Below are positions 37,748 to 47,391 of a DNA stretch of 64,000 nucleotides, one piece after another. This DNA is from Synechococcales cyanobacterium VAR_4_metabat_354. Lineage in GTDB: Bacteria > Cyanobacteriota > Cyanobacteriia > Cyanobacteriales > Chamaesiphonaceae. The notes below the pieces were generated by a model. It was not told the DNA's origin and searched no databases. It saw only the letters and a list, made by a program, of their open reading frames with translations. Position numbers and translations under genes: made by a program. Each line of letters starts with the position of its first letter. Positions within the stretch are counted from its first letter, which is position 1. The stretch lies in contig JANOQI010000024.1 of assembly GCA_031414775.1 (NCBI GenBank), positions 1-64,000 on the forward strand, written 5' to 3'.

Positions 37748-39781
37748 ATGAAAGAACTTTTATATCTAGAAATTCCTACTCCTGATTTAGCTGCTGTCCA
37801 GACCTGGTTACAAACTGAGTGGCGATCGACTGGGGGTGAGACTGACGTGACTGCAACGGGGGTAAGGATTAGATGTCCGCAGGGTGAAATAGCAATCATC
37901 CTCTGGTCTCTCCAGCGCACCACTTATTTAAAGATTTTTCGGTGGTCGGAACAATCAATTTCTGGCGAGCAGCAGATCTGTAAACAATTGACTAGTGCTA
38001 TTCGTGCAGCTTTTCCCTATAAATATCCTGAATTACCAGAGCATCACAACGCATCTATTTTCGATGATCTCGCTACGGCTTATCCCCAAACGGTTAAGTA
38101 CTTTCAAAAGATGCCGAAGGGCGAAGCCGATCTTCAGCGGGTCTATTGGTGGGAAAAGCGGTGGCGGGAGAGCGCTCGCAATCCGCAACAGCCACAGCAA
38201 GTGATATTTCCGGTAGATAGTACAGCAACGCCCGACTATGACCTGATCTATGTAGGCGGCGCTTTAGGGGTGATCCATGCCGCTGTGATGGCTAAACTCG
38301 GCTATCGAGTATTGTTACTGGAGCGGTTGCCCTTTGGTCGGATGAATCGGGAATGGAATATTTCACGGGATGAGTTTCAGTCTTTAATCGATCTGGGACT
38401 ATTCACTCCCAGCGAGTTTGAGAGTATTATTGCCCGTGAGTACCGCGATGGCTTTAGTAAGTTTTTTGATGCCAACAATCCCGAGCATCTCCGCGCCAAA
38501 ATTTTATCGACACCCAAGGTTTTAAATATCTGTATTGATACGGAAGTCTTGCTGCGGCTTTGTGGGGAAAAGTTGCGATCGGTAGGCGGCGAGATCTGGG
38601 ATGAGACGGAGTTTCAACGAGCCGATGTGGGTAAAGGTGCGGTGTCGATCGCATCCAAGCATCTTAAAACTGGCGAGGAAAAGTCAGCGACTGGTCGATT
38701 ACTAATTGATGCGATGGGGACAGCTTCGCCGATCGCTTGGCAACTGAATGGTGCTAGGACTTTTGATAGTGTTTGTCCAACGGTGGGGGCGGCAATCTCG
38801 AAGGGGTTTGCACCGGAGGTGTGGGACGCGCAGTATGGCGATGTGCTATTTAGTCATGGCGATATTTCGCGAGGACGGCAGCTGATTTGGGAACTATTTC
38901 CGGGGGAAGGCGATGAGATTACGGTGTATCTATTTCATTATCACCAGGTGAATGCTGAAAATCCGGGTTCTCTACTGGAGATGTATGAAGACTTCTTCAC
39001 CATTTTGCCGGAGTACCGCCGTTGCGATATGGATAAATTGGTGTGGCGGAAGCCGACTTTTGGTTATATTCCTGGTCACTTTACAGTTAGTAGTAATGAT
39101 CGATCGATCGCGTTCGATCGAGTACTAGCGATCGGGGATGCTGCTTCCTTGCAATCGCCCTTGATCTTCACAGGCTTTGGGTCGTTGGTGCGGAATATGC
39201 CGCGCCTGACGCATTTGTTGGATACGGCGTTGAAACATGATTTATTACGGGCGGCGGATTTGAATCGGGTCTGTGCCTATCAAAGCAATGTGGCAGTGAC
39301 ATGGATGTTCTCGAAAGGGATGATGGTACCTACTGGTCAGCATTTACCACCACAGCGGGTGAATACAATGCTAAATAATTTCTTTGGGCTGTTGGCCGAT
39401 GAACCGTCTGAAGTAGCGGATATGTTTATTAAAGATCGCACAGATTGGCTGACGTTCAATCGGTTGGCGATTAAGGCGGCGCGGCAGAATCCAGCGTTAT
39501 TGTTGTGGATTTGGCAAATGGCCGGGACTAAGGATTTGATGCGGTGGTTGGTGAGTTACTTTAATTTCTCGATCGCGGCTTTGGCGAATTTTATGTTTGG
39601 GGGTTGGGTGCCAAGTTTGGGTTGGCGGTGGCAGCCTTATTTGGAAAGTAATTATCCGCGTTTGTGGTTGTGGTTGTTGGCTTGGATTTATATGTTGCGG
39701 GGTGGGAAGGCGGCGGCAGTGTCGGTGAATCGGTGGCAGATTCCGAAGAGTTTAGATGCGGATTTGTCTCGTAATCTTTAA
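37748..39781 (+). CDS. cruA: Lycopene cyclase CruA
   Basis: MKELLYLEIPTPD, YDLIYVGGALG, RMNREWNISR, FDSVCPTVG, IGDAASLQSPLIFTGFGSLVRN. Confidence 0.9.
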   Translation: MKELLYLEIPTPDLAAVQTWLQTEWRSTGGETDVTATGVRIRCPQGEIAIILWSLQRTTYLKIFRWSEQSISGEQQICKQLTSAIRAAFPYKYPELPEHHNASIFDDLATAYPQTVKYFQKMPKGEADLQRVYWWEKRWRESARNPQQPQQVIFPVDSTATPDYDLIYVGGALGVIHAAVMAKLGYRVLLLERLPFGRMNREWNISRDEFQSLIDLGLFTPSEFESIIAREYRDGFSKFFDANNPEHLRAKILSTPKVLNICIDTEVLLRLCGEKLRSVGGEIWDETEFQRADVGKGAVSIASKHLKTGEEKSATGRLLIDAMGTASPIAWQLNGARTFDSVCPTVGAAISKGFAPEVWDAQYGDVLFSHGDISRGRQLIWELFPGEGDEITVYLFHYHQVNAENPGSLLEMYEDFFTILPEYRRCDMDKLVWRKPTFGYIPGHFTVSSNDRSIAFDRVLAIGDAASLQSPLIFTGFGSLVRNMPRLTHLLDTALKHDLLRAADLNRVCAYQSNVAVTWMFSKGMMVPTGQHLPPQRVNTMLNNFFGLLADEPSEVADMFIKDRTDWLTFNRLAIKAARQNPALLLWIWQMAGTKDLMRWLVSYFNFSIAALANFMFGGWVPSLGWRWQPYLESNYPRLWLWLLAWIYMLRGGKAAAVSVNRWQIPKSLDADLSRNL

Positions 39782-39893
39782 TCTTAAAACAGCACCGGCC
39801 TATCTCAAAACTTAATCTGGTCGGCGCTGATTACACCCTTAAATGTTTTTGGCTAATTGTAAAGACTGTGTGATCGGAAGCTATTCGCCACAA

Positions 39894-40064
39894 TCAAGTA
39901 GTCACGATTGCTTCTACATGGACAGTTTTTTGTTTGGAGTCCACCCGAGTAATTGCCCAGCGCAATGGTTCCCCCCACTGACGTAGAGCAACTTCTACCT
40001 GTTGCGGTAGATCCTGTGCCAAGTGAGTGAAGGGAATATCTAAATCTACAAATTTAGTAGTCAT
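39894..40064 (-). CDS. Small hypothetical protein, 56 aa (MTTKFVDLDIPFTHLAQDLPQQVEVALRQWGEPLRWAITRVDSKQKTVHVEAIVTT)
   Basis: ATG at 40064 directly abuts the ferredoxin stop codon (40065), consistent with translational coupling. The GEPLRWAIT motif resembles small cyanobacterial proteins I recall next to Fed2-type ferredoxins. Confidence 0.8.
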   Translation of the reverse strand: MTTKFVDLDIPFTHLAQDLPQQVEVALRQWGEPLRWAITRVDSKQKTVHVEAIVTT

Positions 40065-40391
40065 TTAAGTTTTTTGATAGCGACCAAATTGCAGCTCATA
40101 CAGTTCGTCTTCTTTTTCTGTCTCAATTTTTAAATCGGAACGAGGATAAGCAACGCATAGCAATATATATCCTTCTGCTTGTAGATCTGGACTGACACCC
40201 ATGCCACCACTTTGTTCTATTTCACCAGTAATGAGCTTGGCCGCGCAGGTAGTGCACACTCCGGCATTACAAGACGTGGGCAGATCGATACCAGCAGCAA
40301 AAGCTGCTCGCAAAATTTGTTTATCTTCAGGTACATCAATAGTATGAATTTCGCCCTGGTGATGGAGTTCGACTTTATAAACTTGAGTCAT
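40065..40391 (-). CDS. 2Fe-2S ferredoxin with C-terminal extension (Fed2/FdC2 type)
   Basis: LPTSCNAGVCTTC...LLCVAYPRSDL, C-terminal EDELYELQFG. ATG at 40391. Confidence 0.93.
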   Translation of the reverse strand: MTQVYKVELHHQGEIHTIDVPEDKQILRAAFAAGIDLPTSCNAGVCTTCAAKLITGEIEQSGGMGVSPDLQAEGYILLCVAYPRSDLKIETEKEDELYELQFGRYQKT

Positions 40392-40524
40392 TGAAATAGG
40401 TGAAAAAGCAGTGAACATCTGCTTTTGATCCTACACGAAATCCATGAGCTTCCTCATAATTCCAGCAGAGATTGCTATATTGGCAGAGCATCGCGCATCA
40501 GCTATATCTAATAAAGTCAAAATC

Positions 40525-41478
40525 ATGTTACGTTCAACGCTAATCTGGCTGGGAGTTTTCGGGGTAGTTAGTACTAGCTGGTCGGTTTCAGCGGCCATTT
40601 TCGACAGGCAGGGGCGCAGACTCCCTGAATCTCCAGCTCAGTATCAGTCGATCGATTGGCAAATGCTCCAGAATACGACAGCATATAGCGGGGTGGGCTT
40701 AATTAAAATCCGCCAGTCTTCCTCCTGTACCGGTTTCTTGGTCAATACCAAAGTCACAGCACCGGCTTATGTATTAACTAATGCCCATTGCCTGGATTTG
40801 CTCAATAATTTGCCCGGGGCTAATGAGATTATCGTAGATAAAAGCATCCACAACTGGAGTAAAGCTGGAGTAATGTTAACTTTTATCCCCAGCTACTTTG
40901 CCCAGACTTCCCCACCCCGCCGGTCGTATGACGTGAAAAAAGTTCTATATGCCACGATGAAGAACAATGACGTAGCCTTGTTAGAACTATCCCCAAGCCA
41001 AAGGGAATTGATCGCAGCGGGGATGATGCCGCTGAATATTTCGCCGACCCCCAGTGCTAGTGGGGAAAAAATTGAGGTGATTGGTATTCCTGGTGATAAA
41101 GTGCCGATCGATCGACAATTTTTACACCGGGCGATTTGCACTCTTGGTCCTACTGTCAAAGTTCAAGAAGGCATTTATACCTGGTCACAGTCCTTGCGGC
41201 ATCGCTGTAGCATTGTGGGCGGCATGTCTGGCTCACCGATGTTAGCTCGGGGTAAAGTGGTGGGAATTGTGAACACGGCAGGAACCGAAGCTATTGCACG
41301 CAGCCAAAAGTGTGTTTTAAATAAGCCCTGTGAACTAGGTACCGACAAAAAAATATTGGCCACTGGCAATGAAAATTATGGTCAGTTATTAACTAAGATG
41401 GCTAGCTGCTTTACCAGTCAGGGTATTTTTAAGCTCTCTCAACCCAGTTGCCGTCTAGAGCACTCTACCCGTTCCTAG
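40525..41478 (+). CDS. Secreted trypsin-like (S1) serine protease
   Basis: Signal peptide, CTGFLV, VLTNAHC (His), NDVAL (Asp), GGMSGSP (Ser). ATG at 40525 preferred. Confidence 0.9.
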   Translation: MLRSTLIWLGVFGVVSTSWSVSAAIFDRQGRRLPESPAQYQSIDWQMLQNTTAYSGVGLIKIRQSSSCTGFLVNTKVTAPAYVLTNAHCLDLLNNLPGANEIIVDKSIHNWSKAGVMLTFIPSYFAQTSPPRRSYDVKKVLYATMKNNDVALLELSPSQRELIAAGMMPLNISPTPSASGEKIEVIGIPGDKVPIDRQFLHRAICTLGPTVKVQEGIYTWSQSLRHRCSIVGGMSGSPMLARGKVVGIVNTAGTEAIARSQKCVLNKPCELGTDKKILATGNENYGQLLTKMASCFTSQGIFKLSQPSCRLEHSTRS

Positions 41479-41488
41479 CCATCTTATG

Positions 41489-41517
41489 AAAAAAACCTCC
41501 CAGATGGAGGAGGTTTT
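41489..41517. terminator. Terminator between the convergent protease gene and recA
   Basis: AAAACCTCC...GGAGGTTTT inverted repeat with A and T tails. Confidence 0.65.
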
Positions 41518-41550
41518 GCCTGATCAATATTGCTACTAAACCGCCATCAG

Positions 41551-42630
41551 CTAAGCTTCGGGTTCTTCATCCTCTTCCTCCGCCTCCAACTCGGCAGACT
41601 TCAGCGAATTAGCCGAGACCGCAACCCCCGCATTTAATTTATCCCACACCAGTTTTTGCACTTGAGCGGCCACATCGGGCTTCTCTTCCATGTATTTAAT
41701 AGTGTTATCTCGGCCTTGGCCAATATTGTCGCCGTTATAGCTATACCAGGCACCACGGCGAGTAATGATCCCCATTTCTTCAGATAAATCGACCAAACAA
41801 CCCAGAGTAGAGATACCTTTACCAAAAATAATATCAAATTCAGCAATCCGAAAAGGTGGTGCTACCTTGTTCTTGGCTACTTTCACCTTCGCCCGAATGC
41901 CATATTCTCCTTCATTAGCTCTTTTGAGAGTCTGAATCCGGCGAATATCCAGCCGCACGGAGGCATAAAACTTAAGCGCATTACCACCAGTAGTGGTTTC
42001 TGGGCTACCGTAGGTAATCCCGATCTTCTGACGGAGTTGGTTTAAGAAAACTACTGTACAGCCAGACTTTGCGATATTACCAGTAATTTTGCGCATGGCT
42101 TGACTCATCAACCGCGCTTGCAAGCCCATGTGGGAATCCCCCATATCTCCTTCGATTTCTGCTCTGGGCACCAAAGCGGCTACAGAATCAATGACCACAA
42201 TATCGACGGCGGAAGAGCGGACTAACTGATCAACGATTTCCAGGGCGGCTTCGCCAGAATCGGGCTGGGCAACCAAGAGATTATCTACATCTACACCTAG
42301 TACTGATGAATAGGAAGGATCGAGGGCATGTTCGGCATCGACAAAGGCGGCTACGCCGCCCGCTTTTTGGACTTCGGCGATCGCATGAAGCGCCAGGGTG
42401 GTTTTACCAGAGCTTTCTGGACCGTAAATTTCAATGATCCGTCCCTTGGGTAAGCCGCCACCCAAAGCAATATCCAAAGTCAGAGCACCACTGGAAATGG
42501 TTTCCACCTTCATGCGACCAGCATCACCCAGCCGGACGATCGCCCCTTTGCCAAAGGATTTTTCAATTTGGCTGAGAACTAAATTTAATGCTTTTTCTCG
42601 ATCGGTATTCGTATTATTTGTGGTTGCCAT
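41551..42630 (-). CDS. recA: Recombinase RecA
   Basis: [50 protein letters not shown] at 42630. Confidence 0.99.
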   Translation of the reverse strand: MATTNNTNTDREKALNLVLSQIEKSFGKGAIVRLGDAGRMKVETISSGALTLDIALGGGLPKGRIIEIYGPESSGKTTLALHAIAEVQKAGGVAAFVDAEHALDPSYSSVLGVDVDNLLVAQPDSGEAALEIVDQLVRSSAVDIVVIDSVAALVPRAEIEGDMGDSHMGLQARLMSQAMRKITGNIAKSGCTVVFLNQLRQKIGITYGSPETTTGGNALKFYASVRLDIRRIQTLKRANEGEYGIRAKVKVAKNKVAPPFRIAEFDIIFGKGISTLGCLVDLSEEMGIITRRGAWYSYNGDNIGQGRDNTIKYMEEKPDVAAQVQKLVWDKLNAGVAVSANSLKSAELEAEEEDEEPEA

Positions 42631-42650
42631 AGCTTGCAGAAGGTGCAGAC

Positions 42651-42667
42651 AGTACATGGGTATTATA
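42651..42667 (-). promoter_or_regulatory. Putative LexA box overlapping the recA -10 element
   Basis: AGTACATGGGTATT (42651-42664) is one mismatch from the cyanobacterial consensus RGTAC-N3-DGTWCB. TATAAT lies on the minus strand at 42662-42667. Confidence 0.65.
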
Positions 42668-42797
42668 CTAGCAGCAAATGTCTCTGTTCACAATTTTAGG
42701 GATCTGGATATCGATGTCTAGATATCCAGATCCAACAGCAGCACCTACAATGTAAAAACTGATCTTAGCCAGTTCTTAGCCCGTCACTGAGCTGCCA

Positions 42798-44375
42798 GTG
42801 AATATTCACGAATCTAAAAAAAATTTGTTACCAGTTCTCTCTCCAGATTCTCATAGATTCCTTAAACTTCTGCTAGCTCTAGGTAGTGGCTTCTTGATGG
42901 GACTTACCGTGTCTCCGATCAATGCCTGGTACCTAGGCTGGGTGGCGATCGTCCCCTTGTGGATCTTAGTCGTGCGGCATCCCCGTTCCGGGGCGGTGGG
43001 TTATGGTCTGTGCTGGGGCATTGGCTATCACGGCTGGGCACTATCCTGGATTTTGGGTGTCCATCCGATGACCTGGATGGGGGTGCCTTGGCTGACTAGT
43101 TTGGCGATTGCCATTGCTTGTCTGGTGCTAATCACCCTGTGGGGTGCTGCTGTTGTAACCCTATGGGCGTTGGGGTTGAGCTGGATTAGCCGTTATGTTA
43201 AGCTCCGGCCACTCATCCGGGTGCTGACCGGAACAGCTTTATGGTGTGGCATTGAGTATCTTTGGAGCCAAAGCGACCTGTGGTGGTCTACCTTAGCCCT
43301 CACCCAAAGCCCCTATAATTTGCCGATTTTACATTTGGGGCAGCTTTCGGGTGGCAGTACCGTGACTGCGATCTTGGTGGCTGTGAATGGCTTGATCGCC
43401 GAAGCGCTCATGATTAACTGGAAAACTCAGCGGCGATCGGCTATTTCTCTGGCCAGTGCTGCCGCGATCCTGTTGTTCTCCGGCCATTTAATCGGCACGC
43501 TCCTGGCTCAAGTACCGCTGCCCACATCAGCAGCTACTGCCCTCCAAGTAGGGATTATCCAGGGCAATATTCCCAACGAAATTAAGCTCTATGCCGACGG
43601 TCAGCAACAAGCTATGACCAACTATACCGAGGGTTACCGGAAACTAGTAGCCGAAAAAGTCCAGGTAGTTTTGACCCCGGAGGGTTCTTTACCTCTGTTG
43701 CCAGATGCCATTAAACAAAGCGAGTTATACGAAGCCATCCTGGAACAAGGCATTCCCATGTGGCTGGGGGCTTTTGGCGATGCGGGTCAAAATTATACTA
43801 ACAGTTTGCATTCGATCGATAGCCAAGGAAATTTTGTGGGTCGTTACAACAAGCAAAAACTAGTGCCATTAGGTGAATATGTACCTTTTAAAGAAGTGAT
43901 TGGCAAATGGATTAAACGAATGTCTCCCCTACAGGCTGATCAAATCAAAGGTACTAAAGACCAAATATTTGATACTCCTTTTGGTCGGGCAATCGTGGGG
44001 ATTTGCTATGAATCAGCCTTTGGTGAGCATTTTCGTAGGCAAGCCCACCAGGGTGGCGAATTTATTATCACCGCTTCTAATAATGCCCACTACGCGGCGG
44101 CCATGCCCGCCCAGCACCATGCTCAGGATGTGATGAGATCGATCGAAACCAGTCGTTGGGCAGTCCGCGCTACCAACACCGGCTATTCAGCAATCGTCGA
44201 TCCGCATGGGCATACTCCCTGGCAATCGGCTCTCCATGAATTTGTCACCCACAGTCACAAAATTTACCGCTTGCGCACCCAGACCCTCTATGTTCAGCTT
44301 GGTGATTGGCTTACCCCGACACTCTTGATCATGACCCTGGCCTTACTCGGGGCTACCCATTTTCGTCATATTTAA
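42798..44375 (+). CDS. lnt: Apolipoprotein N-acyltransferase
   Basis: Multi-TM N-terminus, IIQGNI, TPEGS, YNKQKLVPLGEY, GICYES, RATNTGYS. Confidence 0.95.
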   Translation: MNIHESKKNLLPVLSPDSHRFLKLLLALGSGFLMGLTVSPINAWYLGWVAIVPLWILVVRHPRSGAVGYGLCWGIGYHGWALSWILGVHPMTWMGVPWLTSLAIAIACLVLITLWGAAVVTLWALGLSWISRYVKLRPLIRVLTGTALWCGIEYLWSQSDLWWSTLALTQSPYNLPILHLGQLSGGSTVTAILVAVNGLIAEALMINWKTQRRSAISLASAAAILLFSGHLIGTLLAQVPLPTSAATALQVGIIQGNIPNEIKLYADGQQQAMTNYTEGYRKLVAEKVQVVLTPEGSLPLLPDAIKQSELYEAILEQGIPMWLGAFGDAGQNYTNSLHSIDSQGNFVGRYNKQKLVPLGEYVPFKEVIGKWIKRMSPLQADQIKGTKDQIFDTPFGRAIVGICYESAFGEHFRRQAHQGGEFIITASNNAHYAAAMPAQHHAQDVMRSIETSRWAVRATNTGYSAIVDPHGHTPWQSALHEFVTHSHKIYRLRTQTLYVQLGDWLTPTLLIMTLALLGATHFRHI

Positions 44376-44442
44376 GGACGGTTGATGGCAGCGGCATATT
44401 TCTCCCGATACAATTTAAAAGATATTAAAGTCAATCACAATC

Positions 44443-45330
44443 ATGGCAGACAAACTTATCCGCGCAACAGCAGCTGACGGTGGAATTCGGGTCGTCGGTG
44501 CCATCACCACCAAGCTTACCGAAGAAGCCCGCCATAGACACAAACTATCTTATGTAGCTACCGCTGCTTTGGGGCGCACGATGACTGCAGGACTGCTCTT
44601 TGCTTCTAGCATGAAAAAAGCCGATTCTCGCGTCAATATCCGGATCAAAGGCCAAGGCCCTTTGAAAGGTATTTTGGTTGATGCCGGACTCAATGGCACC
44701 GTGCGCGGCTATGTGGGTAATCCTTCGATCGAACTCCCCCCCAACGACCAAGGCAAATTAGATGTGGGTGGGGCGGTGGGCAAACGCGGCTATCTGTACG
44801 TAGTGCGAGATAACGGCTCGGGTTATCCATACACCAGCACCGTCGAGCTGGTTTCGGGGGAAATTGGTGACGACTTAACCCACTACCTCGCTACTTCGGA
44901 GCAGACTCCTTCCGCTTTAATTGTGGGGGTGTTTGTGGGTGCTGATGGCGTGGGAGCTGCTGGGGGTTTATTGATTCAGGTGTTGCCCAAAGCTGCCACC
45001 GACGAAGCTTTAGTTGAGTTATTGGAATCGCGCTTGCAGGCTGTCCAAGGCTTCACCCCGATGCTTCAGGCTGGCCAAACCCTACCGCAAATGATGGAAA
45101 GTATCTTAGGTGATTTGGGTCTAGAAATTTTTCCGGAAGTGCAAATGCTGAAATATCATTGCGGCTGTACGTTCGATCGCATGACCATTGCCCTCAAAAT
45201 GTTGGGTCGCCCGGAATTGGAAGACATGTTAGTCACTGACAAAGGCGCAGAAGTGACCTGTGATTTTTGCAACAACATCTATCAGTTAGATGAGCAGCAG
45301 CTAGCTAACTTAATCACAGAATTATTGTAA
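44443..45330 (+). CDS. hslO: Hsp33 redox-regulated chaperone
   Basis: ATAALGR, SGEIGDDL, SEQTPS, CGC...CDFC zinc motif. Confidence 0.97.
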   Translation: MADKLIRATAADGGIRVVGAITTKLTEEARHRHKLSYVATAALGRTMTAGLLFASSMKKADSRVNIRIKGQGPLKGILVDAGLNGTVRGYVGNPSIELPPNDQGKLDVGGAVGKRGYLYVVRDNGSGYPYTSTVELVSGEIGDDLTHYLATSEQTPSALIVGVFVGADGVGAAGGLLIQVLPKAATDEALVELLESRLQAVQGFTPMLQAGQTLPQMMESILGDLGLEIFPEVQMLKYHCGCTFDRMTIALKMLGRPELEDMLVTDKGAEVTCDFCNNIYQLDEQQLANLITELL

Positions 45331-45501
45331 AATTAGAGAGTTACTTTAAGTAAGATTTTAACTCCATTTAATTTCATTCCAAGTTTATTTGGTATTCTTA
45401 ATACCAGACTTTTGTTACAGCTAGTTAGGGTAACTATCTGATTCACTATTTGGTACCTTGACAGGTGACAAGAAGAAAATCACAATAGTCACCTGGATAT
45501 T

Positions 45502-47382
45502 TTGCAGTTTGCAGGAAGAACGGCGTTGCCAAAAACAGATTTGCGCTTTAACTTCGATCAGGCAACAACTATCACTAAACAGGTAGTTTCTCAAGTTCCC
45601 AAATGGTTGAATAAGCCCTTCATTCGGAGCTGGCCATTTTGGGCATTGATTACCTGTACCTTATGTGGCGGCATGGCTTATGTTTCTCTGGGGATGTTGC
45701 TCAATCCGAAAGCCGTTCCGAATTGCCCAGAGCTCTTCTTGCCGATGGCCTCGTCTTCTTTGCGAGTCTATTGTGGTCAAGCTGCTGCTAGCAAACAGAC
45801 CTTAAAAGACTTAGCTGCGGCTTTTAAATTTGTCAAAGATATTCCCAAAGACGATCCGCTGCGTAGTTATATTGATACCAATATTCAGAAATGGTCGATC
45901 GATATATTACGTCTAGCAGAGGCTTCTTACCAAGAAGGCAAGATTGATGAAGCGGTTTCCATGGCTAAATTGGTTCCATCCCATGTTTCAGCTTATAAAA
46001 GATCTAGTAAACGCATTAAATTCTGGCAGGATACCTGGAAAGAAGCAGAAGGCATTTATCAAAAAACTGAAAACCTACTCCGTAATTCTAATTGGGTAGA
46101 AGCCTCTCAGATCGCCACCAAAATTAACAAGCTTGGTAATGATTACTGGACGAATGTTAAATATCGAGATTTGGCTGCTAAAGTCGATCAAGCTGAGAAA
46201 GACAGTACTCAGCTCGATCAAGCTCGTCAGCTAGTAAAAAGTAATAGCCTGAAGGACTTATTGGCTGCAATTGCCATTGCCAAAAAAATTGGTAACCAAA
46301 GCTATGCCTTTAAAGAAGCTCAAGGCTTAGTTGCCCAGTCAGGGATGCAAATGTTAGAACTGGCCAAGGTGCAACTCTATCAAAATAATTGGAAAGCCGT
46401 TCAAGAAATTACTAAGCAAATTCCTACTAGTCCAGCCCTCCAAGCAGAGATTCAAGATGTGAAAGCGATTGCTGACGCTCAAGCGGCAGCCAACAATAAT
46501 ACGATCGGTGACTTGGAAATAGCCGTTAGCCTGGTTCAGTCAGTGAAGTCCCAAAGCACAGTCTATGGACGCGCCCAAGGATTGTTAAAGGTCTGGCAGC
46601 TGGAAACGCAAGGTTTAGCCTACCTGCAACGCGCTAAAAATATGGCCGCAGTGGGCAAGGTTGTAGATATAGAAGCAGCCATTAAGGAAGCTAGTCAGAT
46701 TCCAGCGAACAACCCCCGGGCGGCGGAAGCCGCTACCGCGATCGCTGGCTGGCGCAAGCAAATCCAAATAGTTCAAGACAAACCCTATCTGGATGCAGCT
46801 GATCAATTAGCCAGTGCTGGCAATATTCAATCTCTCCAGCAAGCTATTGCTCAACTCCGACCATTGACTCCAGACAGGGCCCTGTACATGGATGCTCAGC
46901 AAAAAATTGGTCGCTGGACAGCCCAAATTCAAAAGATGCAAGATGCGCCTATTTTAGAAAATGCGGAACTGCAAGCTCGGAATGGCAATATCCCCCTAGC
47001 AATTTCTACGGCTAATCAGATTGCTCAAGGTCGGGCACTCTATAAACAAGCCCAAGCCAGAATTAGTGAATGGAATGGTAACACGCAAGCCAGACAGCGG
47101 TTGTCTGATGCCCAGGAGCTAGCGAATCAAGGTACTCCAGAAGCGCTGTTGGGGGCGATCGAAGCCCTGAAAGAGATTCCTACTAGTTCCAGCGCTTACC
47201 AGTCAGCCCGAGTTGCCGCCAATAATTGGAGTGGCGAATTATTGCGCCAAGCCCAAGATGTGGCTAACTACGACTTAGGTCGAGCTATTGCGATCGCCAG
47301 GGTGATTCCGGCTAACTCGACCGCTTATCCTTCAGCTCAGCAGGCTATTAAGCAGTGGGAAACGCCCCAAAATGGATTCTAA
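45502..47382 (+). CDS. Membrane-anchored alpha-helical repeat (TPR-like) protein
   Basis: N-terminal TM helix, PNCP...RVYC, repeated 'AI..A..IP....Y..AQ..I..W' units. Start uncertain. Confidence 0.8.
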   Translation: MQFAGRTALPKTDLRFNFDQATTITKQVVSQVPKWLNKPFIRSWPFWALITCTLCGGMAYVSLGMLLNPKAVPNCPELFLPMASSSLRVYCGQAAASKQTLKDLAAAFKFVKDIPKDDPLRSYIDTNIQKWSIDILRLAEASYQEGKIDEAVSMAKLVPSHVSAYKRSSKRIKFWQDTWKEAEGIYQKTENLLRNSNWVEASQIATKINKLGNDYWTNVKYRDLAAKVDQAEKDSTQLDQARQLVKSNSLKDLLAAIAIAKKIGNQSYAFKEAQGLVAQSGMQMLELAKVQLYQNNWKAVQEITKQIPTSPALQAEIQDVKAIADAQAAANNNTIGDLEIAVSLVQSVKSQSTVYGRAQGLLKVWQLETQGLAYLQRAKNMAAVGKVVDIEAAIKEASQIPANNPRAAEAATAIAGWRKQIQIVQDKPYLDAADQLASAGNIQSLQQAIAQLRPLTPDRALYMDAQQKIGRWTAQIQKMQDAPILENAELQARNGNIPLAISTANQIAQGRALYKQAQARISEWNGNTQARQRLSDAQELANQGTPEALLGAIEALKEIPTSSSAYQSARVAANNWSGELLRQAQDVANYDLGRAIAIARVIPANSTAYPSAQQAIKQWETPQNGF

Positions 47383-47391
47383 ATACAATTG

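Noticed and set aside
39840..40064. Possible ncRNA downstream of the ferredoxin
   Set aside because: It is better explained by a clean 56-aa ORF coupled to the ferredoxin stop codon.
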